Positions 36,366-47,861 of a stretch of DNA of 64,000 nucleotides are shown in pieces; position 1 is the stretch's first letter, and every line of letters starts with the position of its first letter. The notes beneath the pieces are model-generated. The model made no database searches and was not told the DNA's origin. It saw only the letters and a list, made by a program, of their open reading frames with translations. The DNA is from an uncultured Chloroflexia bacterium (GTDB lineage: Bacteria > Chloroflexota > Limnocylindria > Limnocylindrales > CSP1-4): NCBI GenBank assembly GCA_963734535.1, contig CAVTHS010000010.1, forward strand, positions 160,001 through 224,000, written 5' to 3'. The position numbers and the translations under genes are program-made.

Positions 36366-37148
36366 CTACGCGCCGGGCGGCGGGGTGATCGTCACGGGAT
36401 CGCCGATCCTGGAGAGCGAGAGTGCCACGTTGACCGTTCCGCCCGTACCGAGCGGCACGTCGAAGCTCAGCTTCACCAGGCGCGGCGTGTCGGTTCGTAC
36501 CAGCGCCGTGACCGCGACGTCGCCCAGGACGAGCCCGCCCGGCAGCCCTGCCGACGAATTCCCGCCGGTGACCTGGGCCGCAGGAATCGTGAACGCGACG
36601 GTATAGCAGTCCGCGTCGTCGCAACGCTCGTTCGAGAGCGTCCTGGGCGCCACGCCGGGCCGCGCGAGGAACGTCCCGAGCTGGGCCAGGACCACCGCCG
36701 GGTCGGCGAGCAGGCCGAAGATCGAATCCGCGCCCGCCTGCCGGGTCCAGCCGCCCGACCCGATGAGCGGAACCCTGAGGTAGACGACCCCGTCGATGGC
36801 GACAACGTCTGCCGTCACATTGAAGAGCGCGGGGACGGCGAGCGACAGGGATGCCCGCTTCCCGACAAGATCACCGTCCCCGGTGATCGTGGATCCGTCG
36901 AGCGCGATCGGCGCCCCCGATCCCGTCCCCGTCGACCCCCCGAGGCTCAGGACCAGCTTGCCGGTCGCCGTCCCGTCGACGTGGAACGTCTTCGCCGCCT
37001 GGAGGCCAGAGATCCCCGCCTCCAGGATCTGCTTCGGGTCGCGGAGCGCGGGCGCCGCCGGGCCGCCGCACGCAGCGGCGACGAGACCGAGCAGGACGAC
37101 CGCCGCCAACAGCGCCCGCGGCGCCCGCGTGAGGCCTCGACAGGACAT
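36366..37148 (-). CDS. Lipoprotein, LppX/LprAFG-like beta-rich fold
   Basis: Lipobox VAAAC, TFHVDG, IDGVVYL, PVTITPP terminus; SD GGAGG. Confidence 0.65.
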   Translation of the reverse strand: MSCRGLTRAPRALLAAVVLLGLVAAACGGPAAPALRDPKQILEAGISGLQAAKTFHVDGTATGKLVLSLGGSTGTGSGAPIALDGSTITGDGDLVGKRASLSLAVPALFNVTADVVAIDGVVYLRVPLIGSGGWTRQAGADSIFGLLADPAVVLAQLGTFLARPGVAPRTLSNERCDDADCYTVAFTIPAAQVTGGNSSAGLPGGLVLGDVAVTALVRTDTPRLVKLSFDVPLGTGGTVNVALSLSRIGDPVTITPPPGA

Positions 37149-37269
37149 GCTGCCTCCCGGATCGGCACGGCGTGCCGCGCCACGCTCCAGGGCGCGGGGC
37201 CTTCCGCCGTCAGCGTGGCGCGACGGGGCCACGCTCGTCAACCGCCGTCGTCAGTCGGGGCCGGCGGCA

Positions 37270-37296
37270 CGGCCGGCGACCCGAGGTCGCCGGCCG
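37270..37296 (-). terminator. 12-bp hairpin downstream of the methyltransferase cluster
   Basis: CGGCCGGCGACC-cga-GGTCGCCGGCCG. Confidence 0.45.
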
Positions 37297-37364
37297 CGGG
37301 CACGCAGCGGAGGCCGTCGGCGCGGATGCCGGCCGCCCACGAGCGACCCACGGGCAGGGGCCGA

Positions 37365-38891
37365 TCACCCGCCCGCGAGCGCCCGCTCCGCTCGATCCGC
37401 GACCACGCCGGGCAGATCCCCGAAGCCGACGGCCCGCAGCGCGGCGCCGACCCGGCCCACCAGCTCGTCCGCGCAGGCGGGGTCGAGGGACGACGGCACG
37501 CTCCCGGCGAGGAGCGCGTCGACGCGCGACCGGGCCCGGGCGAACGTGTCGCCGCCGCCGCCTTCCAGCCACGCCCGGAGCGAGCCGCGGTCCACGACCG
37601 ACGAGGGCAGGTGCTGCTCCTCGCGGAATCGCCGGCGTGTCTCCGGCAGCTCCAGGAATCGTCCTGCGAAGCCCGCCTCGCGGATCGCGTCGCGCCCGAG
37701 CGATCCCTCGGGGATCGCGATCCCGCGGACGAGGCGAAGCGCGTTCGAGATCGCCTCCGCGTCGATCACGAGCTTCTCGGCGCTTTGGCAGCGCAGCGAG
37801 TCGAGCATCCCGGCGCCCGACACCAGGTCGATCCCCGCGAGCGCACCGACGAGCGCCGTGGTGGCGCTCTCCATGCCGGCCTGGGCATCGACGATCTTGG
37901 CATCGGTGGCGCCCAGATAGCCGTGCGTCGGCAGGCCGAGCGACCGCCCGACTGCCGCGTTCCCCGCGTCGAGCATCGCCGTCTCGATCGCGCCCATCGG
38001 CGTCGCGCCGATCCGCATGTCCAGAATCGCCGGCGCCCCACCCCACACGATCGGGGCGCCGGGCGCCGCCGCCTGGTGGATCACGATGCCGGCAAGGCAT
38101 TCCGCGGCGTGCTGGACGACGGAGCCGGCCAGTGCCACCGGGCCCGCGCCGCCGGCAAGCGGCATCGAGACCATCTGGGCCGGGACGCCGGCCCGCGCGA
38201 GCCCGATCAGGCACCGCGACGCGAACGCGGTCCAGTCGAGCGGCGGGGAGGGGCAGACATCGAAGACGGCGCGAGGCCGCGCCCGGAGCGCGTCCGGGCC
38301 GCCCGCGTCGACTGCGAGCAGGTCCAGCATCGGCCCCAGGCCATCAGCCGTGAAGGCGCCGGTCACGACGGGCTTGTCGGACCCGAGCAGCACGAGAAGG
38401 AGCCGGTAGCGGTCGCCGAGCTCCGCGGGGACGTCCGAGCAGACGACGGCCGTGGACTGGGCGGCATAGGCGGGCAGGCGCTCGGCCACGGCCACCAGCC
38501 GGACCAGGTCCACCGCCGTCGAGGGCCGGTGCTCCCCCGTCTCCGGGTCGAGCACGGCAACGCCGCACGAGCCCGGATCGAAGGCCACCTCGCCGACGCC
38601 GTAGCGGACCGCCGCCGAGCCGTCGCGGCCATGGAGCGTGAAGGAGCGCGGGACGGTGGCGAGCGCAGCCCGGACGGCGCGCTCGGGGATGCGGGCAACG
38701 CCCTCGTGGACGGTCGCGCCAGCGCCCTCGAGCAGCGCCCGTGCCTCCGCGTCCGCGACCCGGACGCCCGGGTCACGGAGGACCTCGAGCGCCTCGTCGA
38801 GGATGCGCTCGATGTCCGCGCCGTCGAGGAGGTCGAGCGTCGGACGGCGGCCGGCGCGCCGGGTCACCGGTTCGGCTCCGCGGCCGGTCAC
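37365..38891 (-). CDS. MttB-family corrinoid methyltransferase (non-pyrrolysine)
   Basis: PSPPL, GPVALAGSVVQHAAE, DMRIG, TDAKIVDAQAGMES, GAGML, EKLVID; no in-frame TAG; GTGA overlap. Confidence 0.88.
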   Translation of the reverse strand: MTGRGAEPVTRRAGRRPTLDLLDGADIERILDEALEVLRDPGVRVADAEARALLEGAGATVHEGVARIPERAVRAALATVPRSFTLHGRDGSAAVRYGVGEVAFDPGSCGVAVLDPETGEHRPSTAVDLVRLVAVAERLPAYAAQSTAVVCSDVPAELGDRYRLLLVLLGSDKPVVTGAFTADGLGPMLDLLAVDAGGPDALRARPRAVFDVCPSPPLDWTAFASRCLIGLARAGVPAQMVSMPLAGGAGPVALAGSVVQHAAECLAGIVIHQAAAPGAPIVWGGAPAILDMRIGATPMGAIETAMLDAGNAAVGRSLGLPTHGYLGATDAKIVDAQAGMESATTALVGALAGIDLVSGAGMLDSLRCQSAEKLVIDAEAISNALRLVRGIAIPEGSLGRDAIREAGFAGRFLELPETRRRFREEQHLPSSVVDRGSLRAWLEGGGGDTFARARSRVDALLAGSVPSSLDPACADELVGRVGAALRAVGFGDLPGVVADRAERALAGG

Positions 38892-40402
38892 AGGCCTGGC
38901 TCCGCGGCCGTCTCCGCGATCCGCACGAGCTCCGCGGCGAGCACCGGATCGAGCGGGGCCCCCGGCGCGGTCGCGAGCAGCTCGAGGGCGCGCTCGTGCG
39001 CGTGCTTCAGTGCGTCGACCCTGGGTGTGCCGTCCGGCGACGGCGGCCGCCGGTCGATGAGCGCGGGGCTCCAACGCTCACGCATGTGCCGCCGCGTGTG
39101 CGGCTCGGCGAGGAAGTCGCCACCCGGGCCGACCCCGCGGATCACGTCGAGCGCCAGCGACTCGTCGTCGACGGGGATGCCGCGGCAGATGCCACGGACA
39201 AGGCCGAGGATCTCCGCGTCGAGCAGGAGCTGCTCGTAGGACCAGATCCGGCTGCCGGCGAGCAGTCCCATGCCGAGGAGCATGTCCGCGCGGCCGACGC
39301 ACGCGGCGAGCGCCGCGAGGCCATTCTCCAGGCCGGCCCGCCAGTCCGGGACGTGCGCGCCGGTCGCGAAGGCACCCATCGAGAGCGGCACGTGATATCG
39401 CTCGGCCAGCTCCCCCGAGGCCAGTCCGAACAGGACGTCCTCGGGGCCGCCCCCCGTGTAGGCACCCGTCCGCAGGTCCATCGCGGTCTGCGCCGCGGCG
39501 TAGTAGACAGGCGCGCCGGGGAAGGCCAGCTGGACGAGGGCGAGCGCCGAGAGCACCTCTGCGTTCCCGACCGCCAGGGTCCCGGCGAGTGTCGCCGGAC
39601 CGGTGTGCGCACATGACGCCATGGTCATGAAGCCGGTGGGGATCCCGGCCTCCGCCGCGACAAGCGCGGCATCGAGCGCTCCGGCTTCGTGGGCGAGCGG
39701 GCTGATCGTGCAGAACGTCAGCGACAGGGGCGGCCGCGCGCGGAGCGCGGCATCGCCGCCGGCAAGCGCCAGCGCCATCTCGACCGCGACGGCGGCCTCG
39801 CGCGGGTGCATCACCGATTCGGTCTGGACGTGCTTCGACGTGATGCCGAGCGCGGCCGCGAGCTCCCGGAGCGCGCGTGTCTCGGGCGGGACGTCCTGGG
39901 CCGAGACCGGCATCCAGATGAAGCCCACGTCGGGCAGCTCCTCGGCGACCCGGCAGATCGCCGAGATGTCGTCGAGCGTGGAGCGTCGCCGCTCCCCGGT
40001 GGTCGGGTCCGCGACCTCCACGCCGCAGCCGTCCGTGGCCGCCCAGACATGGTGGCCATCCAGGGGCAGGTCGCGGTCCGGGTCGCGGCCAGCCAGCGCG
40101 AAGGTGGCCGGAGCGTGGCGCAGGGCGGAATTGATCACGTCGGCCGGGACGCGCACGATCCCGGTTCCCGGGTCGACGTGCGCACCGTGGGCCGACCAGA
40201 TCGCCTGCGCACGGGCCGACGGGAAGCGGACGCCGACCGTCTCGATCAGCTCGAGAGTGGCCGCGTGGATTCGATCGAGCCCGGCGGCGTCGAGCACCTC
40301 GAGCCGGATCGCGGGATCGACGAGCGCTGCAAGCGGTCGACGCGCCGGTGTCGACGCCGGCTGGACGGAGAGGGTCGCGGGCGTCACGTCGGCCGCCCTC
40401 AT
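38888..40402 (-). CDS. MttB-family corrinoid methyltransferase (non-pyrrolysine)
   Basis: ISPL, GPATLAGTLA..NAE, DLRTG, EQLLLD, VGPGGDFL..HT. Confidence 0.88.
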   Translation of the reverse strand: MRAADVTPATLSVQPASTPARRPLAALVDPAIRLEVLDAAGLDRIHAATLELIETVGVRFPSARAQAIWSAHGAHVDPGTGIVRVPADVINSALRHAPATFALAGRDPDRDLPLDGHHVWAATDGCGVEVADPTTGERRRSTLDDISAICRVAEELPDVGFIWMPVSAQDVPPETRALRELAAALGITSKHVQTESVMHPREAAVAVEMALALAGGDAALRARPPLSLTFCTISPLAHEAGALDAALVAAEAGIPTGFMTMASCAHTGPATLAGTLAVGNAEVLSALALVQLAFPGAPVYYAAAQTAMDLRTGAYTGGGPEDVLFGLASGELAERYHVPLSMGAFATGAHVPDWRAGLENGLAALAACVGRADMLLGMGLLAGSRIWSYEQLLLDAEILGLVRGICRGIPVDDESLALDVIRGVGPGGDFLAEPHTRRHMRERWSPALIDRRPPSPDGTPRVDALKHAHERALELLATAPGAPLDPVLAAELVRIAETAAEPGL

Positions 40403-41052
40403 GCCGCCGCGCCGACGAGTCGGCGTGCGGTGTCGACGGCGGCGATGGCATCTTCCGCGTAGGCGTCCGCGCCGATCTCCTCCGCCCACGCGCGCGTCAC
40501 GGGAGCGCCGCCCACCATCACCTTGATGCCCGGCCGAAGGCCGGCCGCGACGAGCGCCTCGACCACGGCGCGCTGCCCGGTCATGGTCGTGGTGAGGAGC
40601 GCCGAGACGCCGACCAGGTCCGCTTGTACCTCGGCGGCCTTGGCGACGAACGCCGCCGGGGAGACGTCGACGCCCAGGTCGTGGACCTCGAAGCCGTTCG
40701 CCGAGAGGAGGGTCGCCACGAGATTCTTGCCGATCTCGTGGATGTCGCCTGCTACCGTCCCGAGCACGACGCGGCCGGCGGTCGCGCGCTGCTCGCCACC
40801 CGCGGTGAGCGCGGGCTCGATCACCCGCATCGCGGCCTGCATCGCCCGCGCGGCGAGCATCAGGTCGGGCAGGAACAGGTCGCCGTTGGAGAACCCCTCG
40901 CCGACCTCGCGCAGGGCCGGCATGGCGGCCTCATCGATGAGCCGGAGGGGTGGGATCCCCGCTGCGAGCGCCTCCCGCGCGGCCGCCTCCGCCTTGGCCG
41001 GCTCGCCATCCGTGACGGCCTGTCGCAGGGCCGTGAAGCTCGTCTCGTCCAT
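40399..41052 (-). CDS. Corrinoid (B12-binding) protein, MttC-like
   Basis: Cap domain plus GDIHEIGKNLV (DxHxxG), DLGVDV, SALLTTT, GGAPV. Confidence 0.93.
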   Translation of the reverse strand: MDETSFTALRQAVTDGEPAKAEAAAREALAAGIPPLRLIDEAAMPALREVGEGFSNGDLFLPDLMLAARAMQAAMRVIEPALTAGGEQRATAGRVVLGTVAGDIHEIGKNLVATLLSANGFEVHDLGVDVSPAAFVAKAAEVQADLVGVSALLTTTMTGQRAVVEALVAAGLRPGIKVMVGGAPVTRAWAEEIGADAYAEDAIAAVDTARRLVGAAA

Positions 41053-41142
41053 CGCACTACCTCTCGCCGCGTCGCGCGGCTCCTCCGCACCACCCGCCGC
41101 GACCCGTTGAGGTGCGCGGCCCGACCGATCGTGAGGCGGGGG

Positions 41143-42627
41143 TCAGAGGCCGGCCCGTGCTTCGGCCCGGGCCACGATCTCGCGGAGCTCCGCCGAGGCC
41201 GCCTCGGGGAGCGGTGGCGGGATGGACCGGCCAGCGAGGATCGCATCCACGCGGTCGGCCGCCCGGGTGCCCAGCGCGTTCCCGCCTGCGGCGGCCCAGG
41301 CGCCGCGCGACCGGCGATCGAGCAGGGTGGGATACCACCGCGTGCGGTAGTGGGCAAGCGTGTGGTCGGCCTCCAGGAACGACCCGCCGGGCCCGAGCTC
41401 GTCCACGAGGTCGAGCGCCAGCGCGTCGTCGGAGAGATCGAGCGGCGCGGTGGCCGCCCGCGTCCAGCCGACCAGCTCATCGCAGATCGCGAGCTGTGCG
41501 AGCGACCCGGCCAGACCCGACTCCAGGTACCCGCTGTCGTGGGTGACCTGGCCCGCGGCGAGCGCGTCGAGGAGGATCGCGGCGGCAGCCTCCGCGGCGG
41601 CCTGGCCGTCGACGATCTTCGAATCCGCGCCCCCGCCGAGGCTGAACATCGGGAGCCCCAGGTGGTGCGCGAGCGCCTCGGCGGCGCCCTTCGGATCGGG
41701 GCCAACGTACGGGTCGACCGTGGTCCGAAGGTCCAGCGCGTCGCCGCCGAAGCCTGGCACGACGACCGGAGCGCCCTCGCGAACCAGCTGGGCGATGACG
41801 AGACCGGCGAGCACGCCCGCGTGATTGACCGCGAGCGTCCCGGCGAGCGTCACGGGTCCCGTCGTCCCGCCCGAGGTGACGGGGATCCAGAGCGCCGGCA
41901 GGCCGCGCCCGGCGAGGAACAGGAGCCGGTCGACCGCGTCCGCGTCGAGGAGCAGGCCGCGCGTCACGTTGATGTACCAGGCCACCGACGGCCGTGCCGC
42001 CAGCTCACCGGCGCCGCCCGCGACCGCTTCGGCCATCGCGAGCACGTCGCGCAGGCCGGACATCTCGTAGGTGACGACGATGAGCGGCTTTGTCGTGCCC
42101 GTCAGCATCGCGACTGCCTGGTGACGATCGGCGAGTACCCCGTCCACGTCCGACGGAAGGAACATCGACATCGCGAACGCCATGTTCGGGAGCGCGTCGA
42201 CCAGGGCGATGCCCGCGCGAACGTCGTCGAGCGTCGCCAGACGCCGGTCGCCCGTTCGCGCATCGACGATGGATGGGCAATCCGACCCGGGTCCGAACCA
42301 GGCCGTCTCGCCCCCCCATTCGATCGCGGGGCGACCGGACCGGTCGTGGAGCGTGAGCGCCTTCGGCGCGACCGCGAGTGCCTCGCCGACCAGCCGGGCG
42401 GGGATCCGGACGCGATCCGTCTCGTCGACGCTGGCGCCGGCCGCCGCGAGGAGACGGCGCGCCTCCGGGTGGTCGACCCGGACGCCGGTCCGCTCGAGGA
42501 TCGAGCACGCGGCCGCGTGGAGCCGCGCACACCCGTCGGCGGACGTGCGATTCCAGCGGCCGGCGCCGGGCGTGATCGCCGCGGGGCCGGACCGATGGCT
42601 GTCGCCAGCGGAAGCGGTGATTGGCAT
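41143..42627 (-). CDS. MttB-family corrinoid methyltransferase (non-pyrrolysine)
   Basis: SD GGAGGT; GPVTLAGTL, DLRT, DSKIVDGQA, GYLESG, GPGGSFL..HT. Confidence 0.88.
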   Translation of the reverse strand: MPITASAGDSHRSGPAAITPGAGRWNRTSADGCARLHAAACSILERTGVRVDHPEARRLLAAAGASVDETDRVRIPARLVGEALAVAPKALTLHDRSGRPAIEWGGETAWFGPGSDCPSIVDARTGDRRLATLDDVRAGIALVDALPNMAFAMSMFLPSDVDGVLADRHQAVAMLTGTTKPLIVVTYEMSGLRDVLAMAEAVAGGAGELAARPSVAWYINVTRGLLLDADAVDRLLFLAGRGLPALWIPVTSGGTTGPVTLAGTLAVNHAGVLAGLVIAQLVREGAPVVVPGFGGDALDLRTTVDPYVGPDPKGAAEALAHHLGLPMFSLGGGADSKIVDGQAAAEAAAAILLDALAAGQVTHDSGYLESGLAGSLAQLAICDELVGWTRAATAPLDLSDDALALDLVDELGPGGSFLEADHTLAHYRTRWYPTLLDRRSRGAWAAAGGNALGTRAADRVDAILAGRSIPPPLPEAASAELREIVARAEARAGL

Positions 42628-42775
42628 CTGACCTCCAGCCACGCGAGCGTGCCGGGGCGTGCAGCGGGTCCGCCAGTGCGGAATGGCCCATTCCTGACCC
42701 CGCGCGCTCGACGCCCGGACACCCCGCGAGCGCCGAGCCGGACAGGCGGCCATGAGACCCGGGCCTACACGCACC

Positions 42776-42803
42776 GACGCCCCCGGATTGCTCCGGGGGC
42801 GTC
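42776..42803 (-). terminator. Hairpin terminator after the secreted-protein gene
   Basis: GACGCCCCCGGA-ttgc-TCCGGGGGCGTC, 22 nt after the stop. Confidence 0.6.
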
Positions 42804-42825
42804 TTCAGCGAGGGTTACGCGCAGG

Positions 42826-43611
42826 TCATCGGAGCGCCTTGAGCGCGGCGACGCATGCCCGGGCATCGGCCCTGGCTCCCGCAAGCAGCCCACGGCCGGC
42901 CTGGAGGCTGGTCCGCGCGCTCGCCAGGATGGGCGCGGCCGTCCCGCCGTTGTACTGGGCCGGCGTCAGGGGGAGAACCGCTGCGGGGACTCCCTGCACC
43001 AGCGGGGAGACCTGGGCAGCTTTTGCGTTCATCGCATCGAGGTCGGACTGCGCCTGGGTGATGTCTTTCCCGGCCGCATGGGCGGCATCGATCCGCGCCT
43101 GGAGCCTCGTGGTCAGCGTGCCCAGCCGAGCGACTGCCGCGAGCTCGTTGTCGGCCGCGAGCACGTGGGCAGCCTTCGGGGCCATGAGCAGGTAGACCCG
43201 GAAATCCGTGACGATCTTCCTGAGGTCCGCGCGGAGCGCGCTGACGTTCGTCTCGTGATCGATCTGCGTCCGCAGGCCCGCGAGCCCGCTGGCGTCGGCG
43301 GCGAGCTGCGACTGGAGCGCGGCGCGGTCGGCGGCGGCCAGGGCTGCGGCTCCGGCGACCCGGGCCTGGAGCTTCGTGATCGTGTCGAGTCGCCGATCGA
43401 TCTCGCAGTCACCGAGCGAACGGAGACTGCCCACGCCGTTGTCACGGGCGGCGATTGCTTCCGGGCGGCACGGCCGGGCGCCGATGGCCGCGTTGGCCTC
43501 CGACACCAGCGTGGAGGGCGCTTGAACAGCGTACGTCGGCGCAACCGATCCGATGGCGAGCAGGCCACCCACGACGATGGATGCGAGCGTGCCTCGAGCG
43601 ATGAGCCTCAT
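42826..43611 (-). CDS. Hypothetical secreted alpha-helical protein
   Basis: SD AAGGAG, signal peptide (..APTYA), Ala-rich helical body, downstream hairpin. Confidence 0.7.
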   Translation of the reverse strand: MRLIARGTLASIVVGGLLAIGSVAPTYAVQAPSTLVSEANAAIGARPCRPEAIAARDNGVGSLRSLGDCEIDRRLDTITKLQARVAGAAALAAADRAALQSQLAADASGLAGLRTQIDHETNVSALRADLRKIVTDFRVYLLMAPKAAHVLAADNELAAVARLGTLTTRLQARIDAAHAAGKDITQAQSDLDAMNAKAAQVSPLVQGVPAAVLPLTPAQYNGGTAAPILASARTSLQAGRGLLAGARADARACVAALKALR

Positions 43612-43911
43612 GGGCCTGGTCTCCTTGCGACTGGGTGCATGGCTGACGGCCCGAGCCCGTTCGATCGGCGGGATCGGAGACCGTCATGTGTCACCATCCA
43701 GCGCGTCCGTAAGGGCGTCCCCGTGGCACGTTCGGGCGATGTAAGGCGGCAGGCGAGCACTCCTCCCGTGAGCACCCGACGTCCGCGACCGCAGCGGCAC
43801 GCGTCGTCGTGGCCCGGGCGCACGAGAGCCGGGCATCCACGGATGGATGACCGGCTCCCGGCACGCTGCGCGTGCTACCCGCTGGCACTGACGCCAGCGA
43901 AGCGAACGGTT

Positions 43912-45917
<2,006 letters not shown>

Positions 45918-46073
45918 CGGGTGACCCTCCTGTGCACTGCGGGTGGCGCCTCCGCCGGGCATGCCGGCGGGCCCCCTCGATGGTCCGATGCGCGGATCTC
46001 CGCGCGGCTCCCGGCAGCGATTTCAGCGATCGCGACCGCAGGTTGGTGGGTCGCGACGGTGGCTGCGCCATTG

Positions 46074-46100
46074 CTGGCACTCTCGCTGTGAGAGTGCCAA
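46074..46100. promoter_or_regulatory. CIRCE element (HrcA operator)
   Basis: CTGGCACTC-N9-GAGTGCCAA versus consensus TTAGCACTC-N9-GAGTGCTAA, upstream of groES. Confidence 0.92.
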
Positions 46101-46101
46101 G

Positions 46102-46130
46102 AATGTAACGGAGGCGCTCGATCGTGTCAA
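46102..46130 (-). promoter_or_regulatory. sigma70 promoter of groESL
   Basis: TTGACA (46130-46125)-17 nt-TACATT (46107-46102), abutting CIRCE. Confidence 0.8.
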
Positions 46131-46187
46131 GCGCGACGCGGCGCCGAGGCGGCGCAGCGGCCCCGAAGACGCGCTACGCTTCCAGCG

Positions 46188-47021
46188 ATGGCCCCCTCCG
46201 CCCCGCTCGTGACACTCCGCGCCGGTCGGGCCGAGGCCGTCCTGGACCCGGGCGCAGGGGGCCGGATCGCGGCGCTCCGCGTCGACGGCGTCGATCTCCT
46301 GGTGACCCGCGGCGATGGGCCGCTCACGTGGGGCGCCTACCCGATGGTTCCCTGGGCCGGCCGGCTCCGGGACGGTCTCCTGCGCTGGGATGGGACGGCC
46401 CACGCGCTGCCGACGGACCTGCTGCCACCCCATGCGATCCACGGGACCCTGGTCGGGACCGCCTGGCGGATCGGCGTGCCGGTCGGCGACGCGACGGCCA
46501 TCCTCGAGGCGTCGCTCGGGGCCGCGTGGCCGTTCGGCGGCCGGGCGGTGCATCGGGTGACCCTGGGGAACGAGACCCTGGCCGCCACGCTCGAGGTCCA
46601 CGCGGACGAGCGGCCCTTCCCCGCCATCGTGGGCTGGCATCCATGGTTCCCTCGCGTCCTCCGGGGTCCCGGCGGCGCGACAGGCGACCCGGTGGAGGTC
46701 CAGATTCACGCCGGCGGGATGCTCCGCCGCGGCGACGACTACCTCCCGACCGGCGAGGTTGTGCCCGTTCCACCGGGAGCGCTGGATGATTGTCTCGTCG
46801 GCGTCACCTCCGCGCCGGTGGTGCGCTGGCCGGGCGCGTTCGAGATCACGATCGAGAGCGACGCCCCCTACTGGGTCGTCTTTACCGAGCACGCGGACGG
46901 CGTCTGCGTGGAGCCGCAGACGGGACCCCCGAACGGGCTGAACACCGGCGACTTCACGCTCGTCGAGCCGGGCCGGCCGCTGATCGCTTCGATGACGCTC
47001 CGCTGGCGGCGCCTCGGCTGA
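46188..47021 (+). CDS. Aldose 1-epimerase family protein
   Basis: MVPWAGR, HAIHG, GWHPWF, CVEPQT motifs. Confidence 0.85.
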   Translation: MAPSAPLVTLRAGRAEAVLDPGAGGRIAALRVDGVDLLVTRGDGPLTWGAYPMVPWAGRLRDGLLRWDGTAHALPTDLLPPHAIHGTLVGTAWRIGVPVGDATAILEASLGAAWPFGGRAVHRVTLGNETLAATLEVHADERPFPAIVGWHPWFPRVLRGPGGATGDPVEVQIHAGGMLRRGDDYLPTGEVVPVPPGALDDCLVGVTSAPVVRWPGAFEITIESDAPYWVVFTEHADGVCVEPQTGPPNGLNTGDFTLVEPGRPLIASMTLRWRRLG

Positions 47022-47031
47022 GGGTCCCCGC

Positions 47032-47859
47032 TCAGCCGGTCGCACGCCCGAAGATGCGATCGTGGTTCGCCACGAGCTGCTCCCCCAGCTCGTCAGGATC
47101 CTCGCCGCGTCGCTCAGCGACCCAGCGCGCGGTCACGCGCACCCATTCGGGCTCGTTGCGTCGGCGTGGGGCGCCGGGCGGCGAGAGGTACGGCGCGTCG
47201 GTCTCGACGAGGATGCGATCCGGCGGCACGAGCCGAACGCTCTCGGCGGTGGCCTCCTCGCCGCGCCTGAACGCGAGGCCCGAGACGCTGACCGCGCACC
47301 CGAGCGCCAGCGCGGCCGCCACGTAGTCGACCGGGCCCGAGACGGAGTGCAGGATCGCGGGCGGACGGTCTCCGAACGTCGCGTGCGCGGCGGGCGTCCC
47401 AAGCCCGGCCGCCTCGAGCTCGGTCACGAGCGCATCCTGGGCATCGCGCTCGCCGGCTTTCGACCGGCAATGGAGGATGGCCGGCTTCCCGGTCGCGAGC
47501 GCCAGCACGAGGCCCCGCCGCAGGTTCTCGAGCTGGGCCGCGGCAGGCGAGAACATCCGGTCGAAGTCGAGCCCCGTCTCTCCGATGGCCACGACGCGCG
47601 GATCCCCCGCAAGGGCCACGACCCGAGCCCACGCGGCCAGATCCGTCTCCGCGGCGGCGTGTGGATGAACCCCGACCGCGACGCCTGCGAGGCCGGGAAA
47701 GTGGTCGATGAGCGCCAGCGCGGCGATCGACGACGCCTCGTCCCAGCCCGGGACGAGGATCCGCTCGACGCCGGCGGCCTGGGCCGCCCCGATGACCTCG
47801 GCAGCATCACTCGCGAACTGCTCGGCGTTCAGGTGGCAGTGGCTGTCGACGAGGCGCAC
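47032..47859 (-). CDS. TatD-family nuclease/hydrolase
   Basis: DSHCH, GVHPH, IGETGLD, ETDAPYL; follows metG as commonly seen. Confidence 0.92.
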   Translation of the reverse strand: MRLVDSHCHLNAEQFASDAAEVIGAAQAAGVERILVPGWDEASSIAALALIDHFPGLAGVAVGVHPHAAAETDLAAWARVVALAGDPRVVAIGETGLDFDRMFSPAAAQLENLRRGLVLALATGKPAILHCRSKAGERDAQDALVTELEAAGLGTPAAHATFGDRPPAILHSVSGPVDYVAAALALGCAVSVSGLAFRRGEEATAESVRLVPPDRILVETDAPYLSPPGAPRRRNEPEWVRVTARWVAERRGEDPDELGEQLVANHDRIFGRATG

Positions 47860-47861
47860 GG

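Noticed and set aside
37365-42627. Pyrrolysine read-through in the MttB genes
   Set aside because: All three frames are open without an internal TAG, and no pyl genes are present.
42637-42656. Possible sigma54 promoter (GGCACG) upstream of mttB
   Set aside because: No GC at the required -12 spacing.
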